Source: Candidatus Gottesmanbacteria bacterium
GTDB lineage: Bacteria > Patescibacteriota > Microgenomatia > UBA10105 > UBA927
Reading direction: 5' to 3'
DNA: 64,000 nt
NCBI GenBank assembly: GCA_030679255.1
Contig: JAUXTO010000013.1
Coordinates: 190,189 to 254,188, forward strand
Part shown: positions 1 to 9,620 of the stretch, in pieces
Layout: each line of letters starts with the position of its first letter
Numbering within the stretch: the stretch's first letter is position 1
Program-made: the position numbers and the translations under genes
Notes under the pieces: model-generated
Told to the model about the DNA's origin: nothing
What the model saw: the letters and a program-made list of their open reading frames with translations, nothing else
Database searches by the model: none

Positions 1-76
1 CCAATCAAGTTCTTTCATTTTCATAACTATCTCACCCCCTCTCTGTATTAACCGTACGCCTGTCGTATGATTGTTG

Positions 77-277
77 TCAAGGGGTTTCCAGGATATGGAT
101 TTCCCGCTTGAGATCAGTCACAATTGCCCGCAATACCATCACTTCATTATGCCGCATCTCCGAGAGCCCGCTCTCATGAACGACACCGCGGTACCGCTTC
201 ATTTTCCCTGCAAGCTTCGTTTCGTAATGGACGAGTTTGTCTTTTAGGATCAATAGTTTCTGCAAATGACTATCCAT
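77..277 (-). CDS. small hypothetical protein (coiled-coil; possibly DUF465/YdcH-like)
   Basis: 66-aa ORF; weak resemblance to DUF465 helical proteins; no strong motif. Confidence 0.3.
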   Translation of the reverse strand: MDSHLQKLLILKDKLVHYETKLAGKMKRYRGVVHESGLSEMRHNEVMVLRAIVTDLKREIHILETP

Positions 278-291
278 GATAAAATCCTATC

Positions 292-1164
292 ATGATTTCC
301 CTTCCTATCCTATTCCCTGATGATTGGACGGATTACGAACTGTTGGATTCCGGCAATGGCATGAAGCTTGAACGGTTTGGGGAGTATACTATCGCGCGGC
401 CAGACCCACGCGCGCTTTGGAGCCCCCGCAAATCCCAAGAAGCCTGGAATAGCGCACACGCCCAATACATCCGGTCATCAAAGACAGAGGGACACTGGAG
501 TAGTCGCCTGCCTCCCCCATCCCCGTGGCTTATCCATTACCGGCATTTGACATTTCGCCTGGAGCCCACCACATTCAAGCATATTGGAATTTTTCCTGAA
601 CAAGCAGTCAATTGGGTTTGGCTTGATGAAATTATCGCACATACACCACTCTCGATACTCAATCTTTTTGCCTATACCGGAGCGGCATCTATTGCCGCAG
701 CGCTCTCAGGAGGACGGATCACGCATCTGGATAGCGTAAAAAGTACGCTCACGTGGGCACATGAAAACGCCAAACTTAATAAGGTCAATCAACAGCAAAT
801 CCGATGGATCGAGGATGACGCAATGAAGTTTGTCCTGCGGGAAAACAAACGCGGCAACACCTACGACGGTATTATCCTCGATCCACCACGGTTTGGACGC
901 GGCACAAAAGGAGAAGTTTGGAAAATTCTCGATGACCTTCCGCGACTTCTGACCGACTGTGTAACCATCTTGTCGCCGAAGCCAAAATTCATCCTCGTCA
1001 ACGCGTACACAGCAGACATTTCCGCCGTGGTTCTCGGACAACTCATAGAATCCGTTATGAAGCCATTTACAGGATCCGTAACGTATGGAGAACTTGCGCT
1101 CAAAGAATCTGGGCCTGATGGACGGATCCTCCCGAGTGGCATCTTCGCGCGATGGACTGCGTAG
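292..1164 (+). CDS. class I SAM-dependent rRNA methyltransferase (RlmI/RlmK-like, no PUA domain)
   Basis: LLDSGNGMKLERFG N-terminal motif, LNLFAYTGAASIAAA SAM-binding motif, DPPRFGRG; typical of YccW/RlmI family. Confidence 0.7.
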   Translation: MISLPILFPDDWTDYELLDSGNGMKLERFGEYTIARPDPRALWSPRKSQEAWNSAHAQYIRSSKTEGHWSSRLPPPSPWLIHYRHLTFRLEPTTFKHIGIFPEQAVNWVWLDEIIAHTPLSILNLFAYTGAASIAAALSGGRITHLDSVKSTLTWAHENAKLNKVNQQQIRWIEDDAMKFVLRENKRGNTYDGIILDPPRFGRGTKGEVWKILDDLPRLLTDCVTILSPKPKFILVNAYTADISAVVLGQLIESVMKPFTGSVTYGELALKESGPDGRILPSGIFARWTA

Positions 1165-1177
1165 TTATCCTGTAGAT

Positions 1178-2200
1178 TTAACTGTGCGCCATGCCAAATG
1201 ACTTCAGTGCATCAAAAAACCGTTGGCGGCGTTTTTCGTTCATGAGACCGGCTCTCGTCACAAATACTGTTTTCCATATCACGGTCCGGAGGCGGTAGAT
1301 ATCCATCTTCTCCTGAAAATGATCGGGGAGATTTCTTAAAGACTTGTATCCTGCGATAAGCATACTCTCCCGGGGAAAATGGGTCGCCCACGTCGGAGCC
1401 GAGGCAAGATCCAAAACCGGATCTCCAGACACTGCATTTTCCCAATCAAAAATACCGGTAATCCGGTCGCCGACGTGCATAAAATTATGATCGGCTAGAT
1501 CATGATGCACGAGCGTCCCTCTCGATATGTTCATAACAGGCCGATACTGATCAAAAAGTTTTCGTATTGAAGTTGCAATTTTTACGGTTATTTGCCCTGA
1601 ATCGGCGACAAACCGAAGATCATCATCCAGGCAAACTTCGATGTAATCAGGAAATGATTTTTTTGTTCCGATAAGATTTCCCTTTACCACCTGATCTTCA
1701 TGAAACCGACCAAATCCTTTAAGCTGAATATCTCCTAATCGCGCGACGTATTGACCCAACGCAAATGACATGCGGTCGTACTCATCTTTGGTGCCCGTAA
1801 AATGATCTTCGAGATCGCCCCCTGACAGGACTTCCTGTATCTGGAAATCGAATGGAAATACTTTTCTTGAAATGTCGACGTGGATGATGTGGTTCACAGG
1901 GATATCCAACACTGCGACCTTTTCGGTGATCAATTGTTCAAGCTTCATTTCCATCTCAGGCACCGGGATGTTGTAATTTGCGCGAAGAAGATACTCTCGA
2001 GATTGTTCCTTCGCGGTGACTCTATAGATTACATGCATCGTGCCGTAGGAATCCGGTCGAATCCATGAAGTGGCAGTCAATCCTAGCGCTTGCTTAAATA
2101 TTTTAGGAATCCAGGATACATCAAACAGTTCAAACCGTTTGGAAACAATATCAATCTCACTCTGGCTTCTATGCGCATGACGATAGTATATGTCGTTCAT
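1178..2200 (-). CDS. phosphotransferase family protein (APH/choline-kinase-like)
   Basis: HHDLADHNFM...DWENA catalytic/Brenner-like motifs of aminoglycoside phosphotransferase family. Confidence 0.6.
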   Translation of the reverse strand: MNDIYYRHAHRSQSEIDIVSKRFELFDVSWIPKIFKQALGLTATSWIRPDSYGTMHVIYRVTAKEQSREYLLRANYNIPVPEMEMKLEQLITEKVAVLDIPVNHIIHVDISRKVFPFDFQIQEVLSGGDLEDHFTGTKDEYDRMSFALGQYVARLGDIQLKGFGRFHEDQVVKGNLIGTKKSFPDYIEVCLDDDLRFVADSGQITVKIATSIRKLFDQYRPVMNISRGTLVHHDLADHNFMHVGDRITGIFDWENAVSGDPVLDLASAPTWATHFPRESMLIAGYKSLRNLPDHFQEKMDIYRLRTVIWKTVFVTRAGLMNEKRRQRFFDALKSFGMAHS

Positions 2201-2287
2201 TAACTTTTAAACAACACCACGTGTGATTTGAGAAACTCGGTGTCAAATGTCTCCAAAAATCCCAGACGGCCAAGAAGCGCAGGAACT

Positions 2288-2488
2288 TCACAATGTGAGC
2301 GATCGAGCTTTGGGAAGATATGCGATCTCTGGAGTAATGCGCGGATGAGTTTTTTCTAATTTTTTGAGAATTTCCGCTGCCCCCTCGCCAGTTTTGGCTG
2401 TGTACACCTTGCCTGCTGCTAAAATGACGTGTTTGCCTCGGTAACGGGAATTTTTAAAAATATTCATCATGGTAATAGCTTTTTTCAT
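2288..2488 (-). CDS. small DUF5678-like protein
   Basis: 66 aa; GKHVILAAGKVY...EGAAEILKKLEKTHP pattern; 4-bp overlap with upstream MFS gene. Confidence 0.35.
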   Translation of the reverse strand: MKKAITMMNIFKNSRYRGKHVILAAGKVYTAKTGEGAAEILKKLEKTHPRITPEIAYLPKARSLTL

Positions 2489-3669
2489 GATATCCGTATC
2501 CTACCACCATTAGCGCGTTCATGCAAAAAGATTTTCCGGTAGAAAAAGAGCGGGGTGAGCAGTAAAATATTGATGACAATGAGTGCAACACGCGCATCAA
2601 ATCTGTCCGCAATCAACCCCACGGCGATAGAGCATATACCAAACACTCCATGTCCCAGTAACGCATTCAAGGAACCCATGGTTGCCCGCTGACTCTGAGT
2701 AAATTCTCTTTGAAAGAGCGACCCAAGCGCCACCGACCCTACACCAAAAAGTAAGGAGGGTATACTCATGAGCGCGGGAGACAGTACGGTAGGAAAAAGC
2801 AACGCGACAAAATTTATGATTCTATTGGATAATATTTCAAAATTAAGGACCTTATACGGCGTATACTTTGTGATGACTTTGCCCGCAAAATAATAACTTA
2901 TAGCTGCTCCGATGTTTCCAAGAAAAGATGCAATGCCAATCGCCCACAACGGCCATAGGGTTATGACAAAGGCAGAACGCAGTAAATATCCCGATTCCCC
3001 AAGTCCAAACCGAAGCGCCGATGCTATGGATAGCATACGAAGTTTGCGGTTTTGCACAAAATACTTCATCGATACAGATAAATGATGGAGTACGTTGGTG
3101 CTTTCGCTAGAAATTCGCTTAGGCTCGACGAGAAGTAGCGCAATGATGAATGCTCCAATTTGAGGGATAACGGATGCCCATATGACGAGTGCGTAGGACC
3201 GCGCTGCCAAGATACCGCCTATCACTGCCGCAATTGCAAGAGCAAGCTGAAACATGGAGCCGGTTTTTCCCAAATAGGTATGATACTCGTTCTCTTTTCC
3301 AATTTCCCGAAGCGTGTCGTGAAGAAGTGCATCATTATTGCCGCTATAAAACGCCCGTGATAATCCTTGAAATAATGAACCGGTTGCCAATACCCAATAT
3401 GATCCGCCAATTGCGTATAATAAAACACATGCAACCGCAGATAAAGCTCCTAATATCGTTGTTTTCTTTCTCCCGACTAAATCTGAAATAATACCCGTCG
3501 GAACTTCAAACATTGCGGACGAAACGTATGCGATGGAAAAAATACTCATCCCCAACGCATACGAACCGGTGACATGGGCAAAGTAAAGAATGGCCACCGG
3601 CGCAAAAAACACAAAGTCCGTGCAAAAATTCAACCACGACAGGAGTTTGATATTTTTCGCAATATGCAT
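2485..3669 (-). CDS. MFS transporter
   Basis: 12-TM-like hydrophobic profile, DLVGRKK motif; start moved to Met at 3669 because the longer ORF overlaps the convergent zinc-ribbon gene. Confidence 0.65.
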   Translation of the reverse strand: MHIAKNIKLLSWLNFCTDFVFFAPVAILYFAHVTGSYALGMSIFSIAYVSSAMFEVPTGIISDLVGRKKTTILGALSAVACVLLYAIGGSYWVLATGSLFQGLSRAFYSGNNDALLHDTLREIGKENEYHTYLGKTGSMFQLALAIAAVIGGILAARSYALVIWASVIPQIGAFIIALLLVEPKRISSESTNVLHHLSVSMKYFVQNRKLRMLSIASALRFGLGESGYLLRSAFVITLWPLWAIGIASFLGNIGAAISYYFAGKVITKYTPYKVLNFEILSNRIINFVALLFPTVLSPALMSIPSLLFGVGSVALGSLFQREFTQSQRATMGSLNALLGHGVFGICSIAVGLIADRFDARVALIVINILLLTPLFFYRKIFLHERANGGRIRIS

Positions 3670-3787
3670 AGGGAAAGTATAACAGAAAATAAAGTTTAAA
3701 CAGCCAAATTCACGGTTTTTTGAACCTATTATCTTTTGATAAAAATCACTATTGCGTTTTGAAAGACTATCATGGTAATCTGACGGT

Positions 3788-4318
3788 ATGGCAGATGCTC
3801 CTGAAATGTGTCCTAAGTGCGGCGCGCCCTTGGGCGAAGTCGTGGAAACAGCAAGCGGCAAAAAGCTCCAACGCTGCACCAAAGGATCCTGGAATGCTCA
3901 AACCAAAAAAAATGAAGGGTGTGAGTATGTGAAGTGGCTCATGGTCGAGCCGAAGCCACTGGATGAAAAATGCCCCAAGTGCAGCTCGCCTCTCGTCCTG
4001 CAGGTTACCCGTTTTGGAAAGAAAATGAAGAAATGCTCTATGGGAGGGTGGGATAAAGATGCTAAAAAACCCACGGGGTGCGATTACGTCGAATGGATCA
4101 ATGGAACAACGGAACCACTGAAGGAAGCGTGCCCCGAATGCGGCAAACCGCTCGTACTCTTCACCACAAGCGCCGGAAAACGGATGATCAAATGTTCAAC
4201 CGCAGGTTGGGATAAAGCAGCAAGACAACCGACAGGCTGCGCCTACGTCCAATGGCTCAAACCCGGAGAAATGGCCAACAACGGAGAAGAAGGCCTCCCC
4301 CCCGATCCGGATCAATAA
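3788..4318 (+). CDS. triple zinc-ribbon protein (topoisomerase-I-type C4 zinc-finger repeats)
   Basis: three ~45-aa repeats CPxCxxPL...G(K)K..C..GxW...GCxYV(xW); resembles Topo IA C-terminal zinc ribbons; standalone. Confidence 0.55.
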   Translation: MADAPEMCPKCGAPLGEVVETASGKKLQRCTKGSWNAQTKKNEGCEYVKWLMVEPKPLDEKCPKCSSPLVLQVTRFGKKMKKCSMGGWDKDAKKPTGCDYVEWINGTTEPLKEACPECGKPLVLFTTSAGKRMIKCSTAGWDKAARQPTGCAYVQWLKPGEMANNGEEGLPPDPDQ

Positions 4319-4320
4319 AA

Positions 4321-4914
4321 TTATTTCCCTTGCTTTTTGCCAACCACACCCCGTCTCATGATGAGCATGATGCTAAAAAGTGCGTTTGCAAGAGCCCATG
4401 TCACGGGATAGAGCCATGTAATTATATTGTACTGTTGTAAGGCAAAAATGCTCAGTCCGTGACGGAAAGTGCTTAATGCATACGTAAAAAACGTCTCCGA
4501 GTAGGGCTTATTCCACGATTTTCTAATTGTAGGAATAAATCCGAACATCTCAACGGTGGATATGAGAATGATTGATACCACAGGCTGCTTGGCGACGATC
4601 CATATGAATATAGCGACAAGTGATAGAACAAAAAATACAGTATCTGAACGGGTGACATCCTTTTTTCCGTTACGCAATCCTAAAAAGAATATAAAGAAAG
4701 CGTTCAGAGCAATAATGAGGGTCATCCACGAACCAACTCCCGCTCCTGCGCTTACCTGAAGCGCGAAGGCGATCACTGTCGCCAATCCCCAGATAAACCA
4801 GGAATAGATATGCGGCGTTGTTTTCCCCTTATAAATATCAAGATAATACGGAATATATCCCACGATCGATAAAATCACTGTAATTATGCTGATGACCGTC
4901 TTATAATCCTGCAT
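4321..4914 (-). CDS. integral membrane protein (6 TM; PnuC/PQ-loop-like, uncertain)
   Basis: hydrophobic profile only. Confidence 0.4.
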   Translation of the reverse strand: MQDYKTVISIITVILSIVGYIPYYLDIYKGKTTPHIYSWFIWGLATVIAFALQVSAGAGVGSWMTLIIALNAFFIFFLGLRNGKKDVTRSDTVFFVLSLVAIFIWIVAKQPVVSIILISTVEMFGFIPTIRKSWNKPYSETFFTYALSTFRHGLSIFALQQYNIITWLYPVTWALANALFSIMLIMRRGVVGKKQGK

Positions 4915-4937
4915 GGGATGATTGTATCAGAAGGACA

Positions 4938-5717
4938 TTATGGTGTTTTGAAACTTCCGTCAATCCAAGCTATGTAATTATTTTCAATATTCGATGTAAT
5001 TTTTTTCGGATCTTTATTCCAAACTTCTGACACTTGCAACGGTTTTGCAAAATGAATTGTGATTACTGGTAATAAACGACTCATAAACGGAATAAGCCGA
5101 AGGCAATCCAAAAGCGACGTTCCTTGCAAATAAATCCTGGAAATATATGTAAATTTACGATTTTTGACTTTCCTCAACAGATGACTTACGCCGGGAAACC
5201 AATGCCCGTCAATGCTTCTTCTTCCGGGAAAAATAATCACCAACCCTCCTCCGTTGACGATCCGGGCTGCTCGTGCAATGCTCTTGATATTACGCTCATG
5301 TTCTTTTTCCGGCGTCAGAATTTTTTTTGGATGATACGTCTTTAGCAAATAACTCAAAATCTGATTATGATGATAAGGATTATTATGATGTTCAATGTAT
5401 ACGGGTATTAAATATCGGTCCAAATCTTTCACAATGCCTACCATCCTTGCGTTGACAATCAAATAGATATCTTTCCGCTCCGGTAGAGTGGCAATGAGCG
5501 CTATGACTTCCGCATCATCCGGGTGATTTGCCACAATTACGGCGGGTTTCGTTTGCAAAATATCCTTAACTTCATTGCTCAATCCTTGTACCACAAGCCT
5601 GGTGCGAGACCGTCTAACGACGTTGCTCATAGCTTGTATAAAACTATGACGTTTTATATCTTGATCAATTGCTTGAATTAAGTTGCCAATCAAAGGAAGG
5701 TCAGATAAAGTTTTCAT
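4938..5717 (-). CDS. lysophospholipid (1-acyl-glycerol-3-phosphate) acyltransferase family protein
   Basis: VANHPDD and FPGRRS motifs resembling PlsC HX4D / FPEGTR blocks. Confidence 0.55.
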   Translation of the reverse strand: MKTLSDLPLIGNLIQAIDQDIKRHSFIQAMSNVVRRSRTRLVVQGLSNEVKDILQTKPAVIVANHPDDAEVIALIATLPERKDIYLIVNARMVGIVKDLDRYLIPVYIEHHNNPYHHNQILSYLLKTYHPKKILTPEKEHERNIKSIARAARIVNGGGLVIIFPGRRSIDGHWFPGVSHLLRKVKNRKFTYISRIYLQGTSLLDCLRLIPFMSRLLPVITIHFAKPLQVSEVWNKDPKKITSNIENNYIAWIDGSFKTP

Positions 5718-5743
5718 ATAATCTTTGAATTATTTAATTCATA

Positions 5744-6541
5744 TTATTTGATAGGTATATAAATCTCAAAAAATTGTTTCGTTATATCCGTGTTTACTTT
5801 ACGATAGATTTCAAAATCCGGAATATCTTTCCTTATTTTAATTTTTCTTAATTCACAATACTTTTCAAGCTCTTTCCAAAATAGCGAAAGCAAACTCCCT
5901 GATCCGTTATGGGTATAGGTCAATACTTTCCCCGGATCAAACTCCATACATTTAACTGTATTCTGATACTCCCCCTTCACTTTCAAATCATTACCGGCCA
6001 AGGCTCCTATCTTTATCCTACTCTTCTTCGGACGATACCCTTGCTCTTCAAAAATTGCCAATGTCGTAAAGGCATCATCCTTATGTACAAACATCTTGGA
6101 AAGTTCTTGACAATACTCTCCTATCCTAGCGTACGCGCCCACTTTTTCGATGTAGTAGACACCAAATGGCGGCAATACCTTCACTTCAGGATTAACCATC
6201 GTTCCATTCGCCTTGATATTCTTTTGAAACTTTATTAGATTATGTAAATTGAATTCGAGTACCCGAATCTCTTTTTCAATAAATTCTTTTTTATCATCAA
6301 AAAGCTTTGCTAAATCACCATTTGTACGTAAATATTTTTTCATCTCGCCCAAGGATACTCCCAAATTAGATAAAAGAAGAATCCTTTGGTAATCAAGAAT
6401 TTGACGCTGGTCATAATATCGGTACTTGGAGCTATTGACTCGAACAGGCTTGAGCACGCCCTTCTGGTCATAAAAAAGGATCGTCCTTTTGGTCGTGGAG
6501 GCAAGTTTGGCAAATTCTCCGGCGGTGATCAAATTATTCAT
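5744..6541 (-). CDS. MerR-family transcriptional regulator with C-terminal GyrI-like/BmrR-type effector domain
   Basis: N-terminal MerR HTH (ITAGEFAKLASTTKRTILFYDQKGVLKP), 265 aa with effector-binding C-terminus. Confidence 0.7.
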   Translation of the reverse strand: MNNLITAGEFAKLASTTKRTILFYDQKGVLKPVRVNSSKYRYYDQRQILDYQRILLLSNLGVSLGEMKKYLRTNGDLAKLFDDKKEFIEKEIRVLEFNLHNLIKFQKNIKANGTMVNPEVKVLPPFGVYYIEKVGAYARIGEYCQELSKMFVHKDDAFTTLAIFEEQGYRPKKSRIKIGALAGNDLKVKGEYQNTVKCMEFDPGKVLTYTHNGSGSLLSLFWKELEKYCELRKIKIRKDIPDFEIYRKVNTDITKQFFEIYIPIK

Positions 6542-6543
6542 AT

Positions 6544-6574
6544 TTGACTATAACGTAACGTTATGCTTTATTAT
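6544..6574 (+). promoter_or_regulatory. MerR-type promoter: TTGACT -19 bp spacer containing perfect 15-bp palindrome ATAACGTAACGTTAT - TATTAT
   Basis: seen in sequence; -10 lies 6 nt upstream of ATG 6581, so likely leaderless; overlaps divergent merR start. Confidence 0.55.
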
Positions 6575-6580
6575 AGCACG

Positions 6581-8827
6581 ATGAACAACATAATCATAAA
6601 AGGAGCGAGAGAAAATAATCTTAAGTGTATCAATATTGAGATCCCCAGAAATAAGATCGTCTGTTTCGTGGGCGTCTCCGGCTCAGGAAAATCCACAATT
6701 GCTTTTGATATCATCGCAAGAGAAGGACAAAGACAGTATTTTGAGTCTCTCCCCTCTTTTGCCAGACGGTATCTTCAAAAAAGCAATCGTCCCGAAGTCG
6801 ACGAAATAAAAGGCGTATCAGCGTCGATCATCATAAGCCAAGACCGGGTACACGGCAGCCCGCGCTCCACAATAGGGACATTGACAGAAAGCTACACGTA
6901 CTTGCGGCTCCTTTACTCGCGCGTAGGTCTGCCATCCATGGATTCTTCGTACTACTCATTTAACCATCCGTATGGGGCCTGTAAGAAATGCAAAGGGTTA
7001 GGGCGGGCAGTAGAAGTGAATATCGACAAGGTGATAGATAAGAGTAAAAGCCTAAATGAAGGAGCATTAGTCCCAAGTGACTGGTACGTGGGAGGAAGAC
7101 AATGGAGCATCGTCAAGGCCTCGGGGTACTTTGCGATGGATAAAAAGTTACGGGATTATGACGCTGAGGAACTGGATCGGATTCTCTATGCTCCCCCGGA
7201 AATGTTGCAGTCTGTGAGTGGTGAGTTCATCGACCGATGGACCTTCCAAGGGATCGTTCACCGAATAATTCACCGCAATAACAACACGCATCGCAGCCTT
7301 TCAGAACATGATATGAAGTACTTTGACTTGGTAGATTGCCTGGAATGTCATGGTGGTCGTCTCAATACTAAGTCGCTAGACGTTAAGCTGAATGGTAAGA
7401 ATATAGGCGAGGTGGGCAATATGCCACTCGACGAGTGTTTAAACTTTGTCAAATGCATCGATCACAAGAATGCTGACGTCATCAAACCCAGATTAATTGA
7501 TCAACTTGAAGGGTTAATCAGTGTCGGCGTCGGATATTTGTCTTTAAACAGATCGTCAGATACATTATCCGGAGGAGAAGCTCAACGAGTAAAGATGGCC
7601 CGCCAACGAGGATGCGACCTGGTTGAGACCGTGTATGTATTGGACGAACCGACCGCCGGACTCCATCCCCGGGATGTATCAAAAGTCGTAGAAAACTTAA
7701 AAAGACTTCGTGACAACGGAAATAGTGTCATTGTCGTTGAGCATGACGAGACTATCATCAGGAACGCTGACTATTTAGTCGAAGTCGGTCCGGGTGGAGG
7801 AAAAAAAGGCGGAGAAATTGTCGCGACAGGTACCATTGATGATCTTTTAACAAACCCCAACTCGCTAACCGGAAAGTACCTTAGTGGGAATCAAAAGATC
7901 AAAGCCGCGCCTAATTATAGAAAAGCTTCGGGTGAATTAAACGTTGTTCATGCAACGCGACACAACTTAAAGAATCTCAATGTAACTATCCCGACCGGAA
8001 TTTTAATGGCTCTTACGGGAGTGTCCGGATCAGGAAAAAGCTCGCTCGTTGAGGAGATAGTAAACCAACACGACGAAAAAATCGTATTAATCGACCAGAG
8101 TCAGGTCGGAGCAAACAAGAGAGGCTGTATCGCGACCTACGTGGGTGCGTTTGACCGGATACGCACATACTTTGCCTATGAGCATCGCATGCACCCGAGC
8201 TTTTTTAGCTTTAACTCTCACGGAGGTTGCGAAGCATGTAAGGGAGTGGGATATAGAGATATGGAAATGAACTTTTTAGGCGATGTCAAAATAACGTGTG
8301 AAAGTTGTGGCGGGTCCCGGTATAAAAACAAGGTATTGCGGTATACGTATCACGGTAAAAACGTGGCTGAAATTTTGACCATGACGGCAAGCGAGATCGG
8401 TGACTTTTTCAGAGACCCGGAAATACAAACGCAGATGAAACTCCTCGACGAAGTCGGTTTGGATTACATGGAAATGGGTCAGACACTCGATACTCTCTCC
8501 GGCGGTGAATCCCAAAGACTGAAGCTGGCGAGCAAACTCCAAGCAAAGGGAGAATTTTATATACTGGATGAACCAACATCAGGACTGCACTTTGCCGACG
8601 TAGAAAAGTTATTGGTGCTTCTGAATAAATTAGTCGATAACGGTAATACCGTGCTCGTCGTAGAACACAATCTCGACGTCATAAAAAATGCCGATTGGGT
8701 CATCGACCTCGGCCCTGAAGGAGGAGACAGAGGGGGCCACATAGTCGCCCAGGGCACTCCTGCTCAGATTACAAAAATAGAAACATCTCATACAGGGAAG
8801 TACTTACAAAAAATTCTTATCACATAA
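6581..8827 (+). CDS. UvrA class II-like excinuclease ABC subunit A paralogue (UvrA2/DrrC-like)
   Basis: IKGARENNLK...VSGSGKST N-terminus, two ABC ATPase modules with zinc-finger Cys pairs; ~750 aa, shorter than canonical 940-aa UvrA. Confidence 0.75.
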   Translation: MNNIIIKGARENNLKCINIEIPRNKIVCFVGVSGSGKSTIAFDIIAREGQRQYFESLPSFARRYLQKSNRPEVDEIKGVSASIIISQDRVHGSPRSTIGTLTESYTYLRLLYSRVGLPSMDSSYYSFNHPYGACKKCKGLGRAVEVNIDKVIDKSKSLNEGALVPSDWYVGGRQWSIVKASGYFAMDKKLRDYDAEELDRILYAPPEMLQSVSGEFIDRWTFQGIVHRIIHRNNNTHRSLSEHDMKYFDLVDCLECHGGRLNTKSLDVKLNGKNIGEVGNMPLDECLNFVKCIDHKNADVIKPRLIDQLEGLISVGVGYLSLNRSSDTLSGGEAQRVKMARQRGCDLVETVYVLDEPTAGLHPRDVSKVVENLKRLRDNGNSVIVVEHDETIIRNADYLVEVGPGGGKKGGEIVATGTIDDLLTNPNSLTGKYLSGNQKIKAAPNYRKASGELNVVHATRHNLKNLNVTIPTGILMALTGVSGSGKSSLVEEIVNQHDEKIVLIDQSQVGANKRGCIATYVGAFDRIRTYFAYEHRMHPSFFSFNSHGGCEACKGVGYRDMEMNFLGDVKITCESCGGSRYKNKVLRYTYHGKNVAEILTMTASEIGDFFRDPEIQTQMKLLDEVGLDYMEMGQTLDTLSGGESQRLKLASKLQAKGEFYILDEPTSGLHFADVEKLLVLLNKLVDNGNTVLVVEHNLDVIKNADWVIDLGPEGGDRGGHIVAQGTPAQITKIETSHTGKYLQKILIT

Positions 8828-8858
8828 GCAACTCATGTTCTTGCGTTTGTAACGCACT

Positions 8859-9620
8859 TTGTACTACTCTAACATAGAGATGATAAAAAAAACGAAGAGA
8901 AAATCTGCAAAAAGAACGTCGCCCGCGAAACGTAATAAGACCGCACGCTACCGACTCGCTCTTTACACGCTCACCATGGCTATCTCTGCGATGATATACA
9001 TAGGGAGTCAGGCAGTGTTTACGCCCGCGCCTCCCTGCGCAAACTCAAAAACCTGCACCAGTGATCTCTCGGAAAAAATAGAAAATGGTGCGTTTGGTCT
9101 ATTTGCCGGACGCAAAATTGCAGCGCCGGACATAAATCTTGCTCTCGACATCACTCGCCCGAGAGTGCTGGGAACAAGCGATCCTTTGGGTGAAAAACGT
9201 ATTTACATAGACCTTTCTACGCAAATATTGTATGCATACGAAGGAACTTCCCAAATCTTCCAAACATTTGTCTCAACCGGGAGATGGAATTGGACTCCGG
9301 TTGGTAACTTCCGTATCTGGCATAAGGTGCGGTCAACCCGTATGTCCGGCGGACAGGGAGCGTCTGCTTATGACCTACCGAACGTACCGTTTGCCATGTT
9401 TTTTTATGGCGACTTTGGGATGCATGGGGCGTATTGGCATAACAACTTTGGGCATACGATGAGCCATGGGTGCGTAAATATGCGCCAAATTGACGCTGAA
9501 ACCATCTTCAACTGGTCGAATGGACCATCAAAAGAACAAAAAGGGACAATAGTATCAACATGTGATTCATTTACTGCACCGGATATCTGTACACAGGTAA
9601 ATCCGATAAATAAATTATGA
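8859..9620 (+). CDS. L,D-transpeptidase (YkuD domain)
   Basis: HGCVNM catalytic motif, N-terminal TM anchor. Confidence 0.65.
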   Translation: MYYSNIEMIKKTKRKSAKRTSPAKRNKTARYRLALYTLTMAISAMIYIGSQAVFTPAPPCANSKTCTSDLSEKIENGAFGLFAGRKIAAPDINLALDITRPRVLGTSDPLGEKRIYIDLSTQILYAYEGTSQIFQTFVSTGRWNWTPVGNFRIWHKVRSTRMSGGQGASAYDLPNVPFAMFFYGDFGMHGAYWHNNFGHTMSHGCVNMRQIDAETIFNWSNGPSKEQKGTIVSTCDSFTAPDICTQVNPINKL

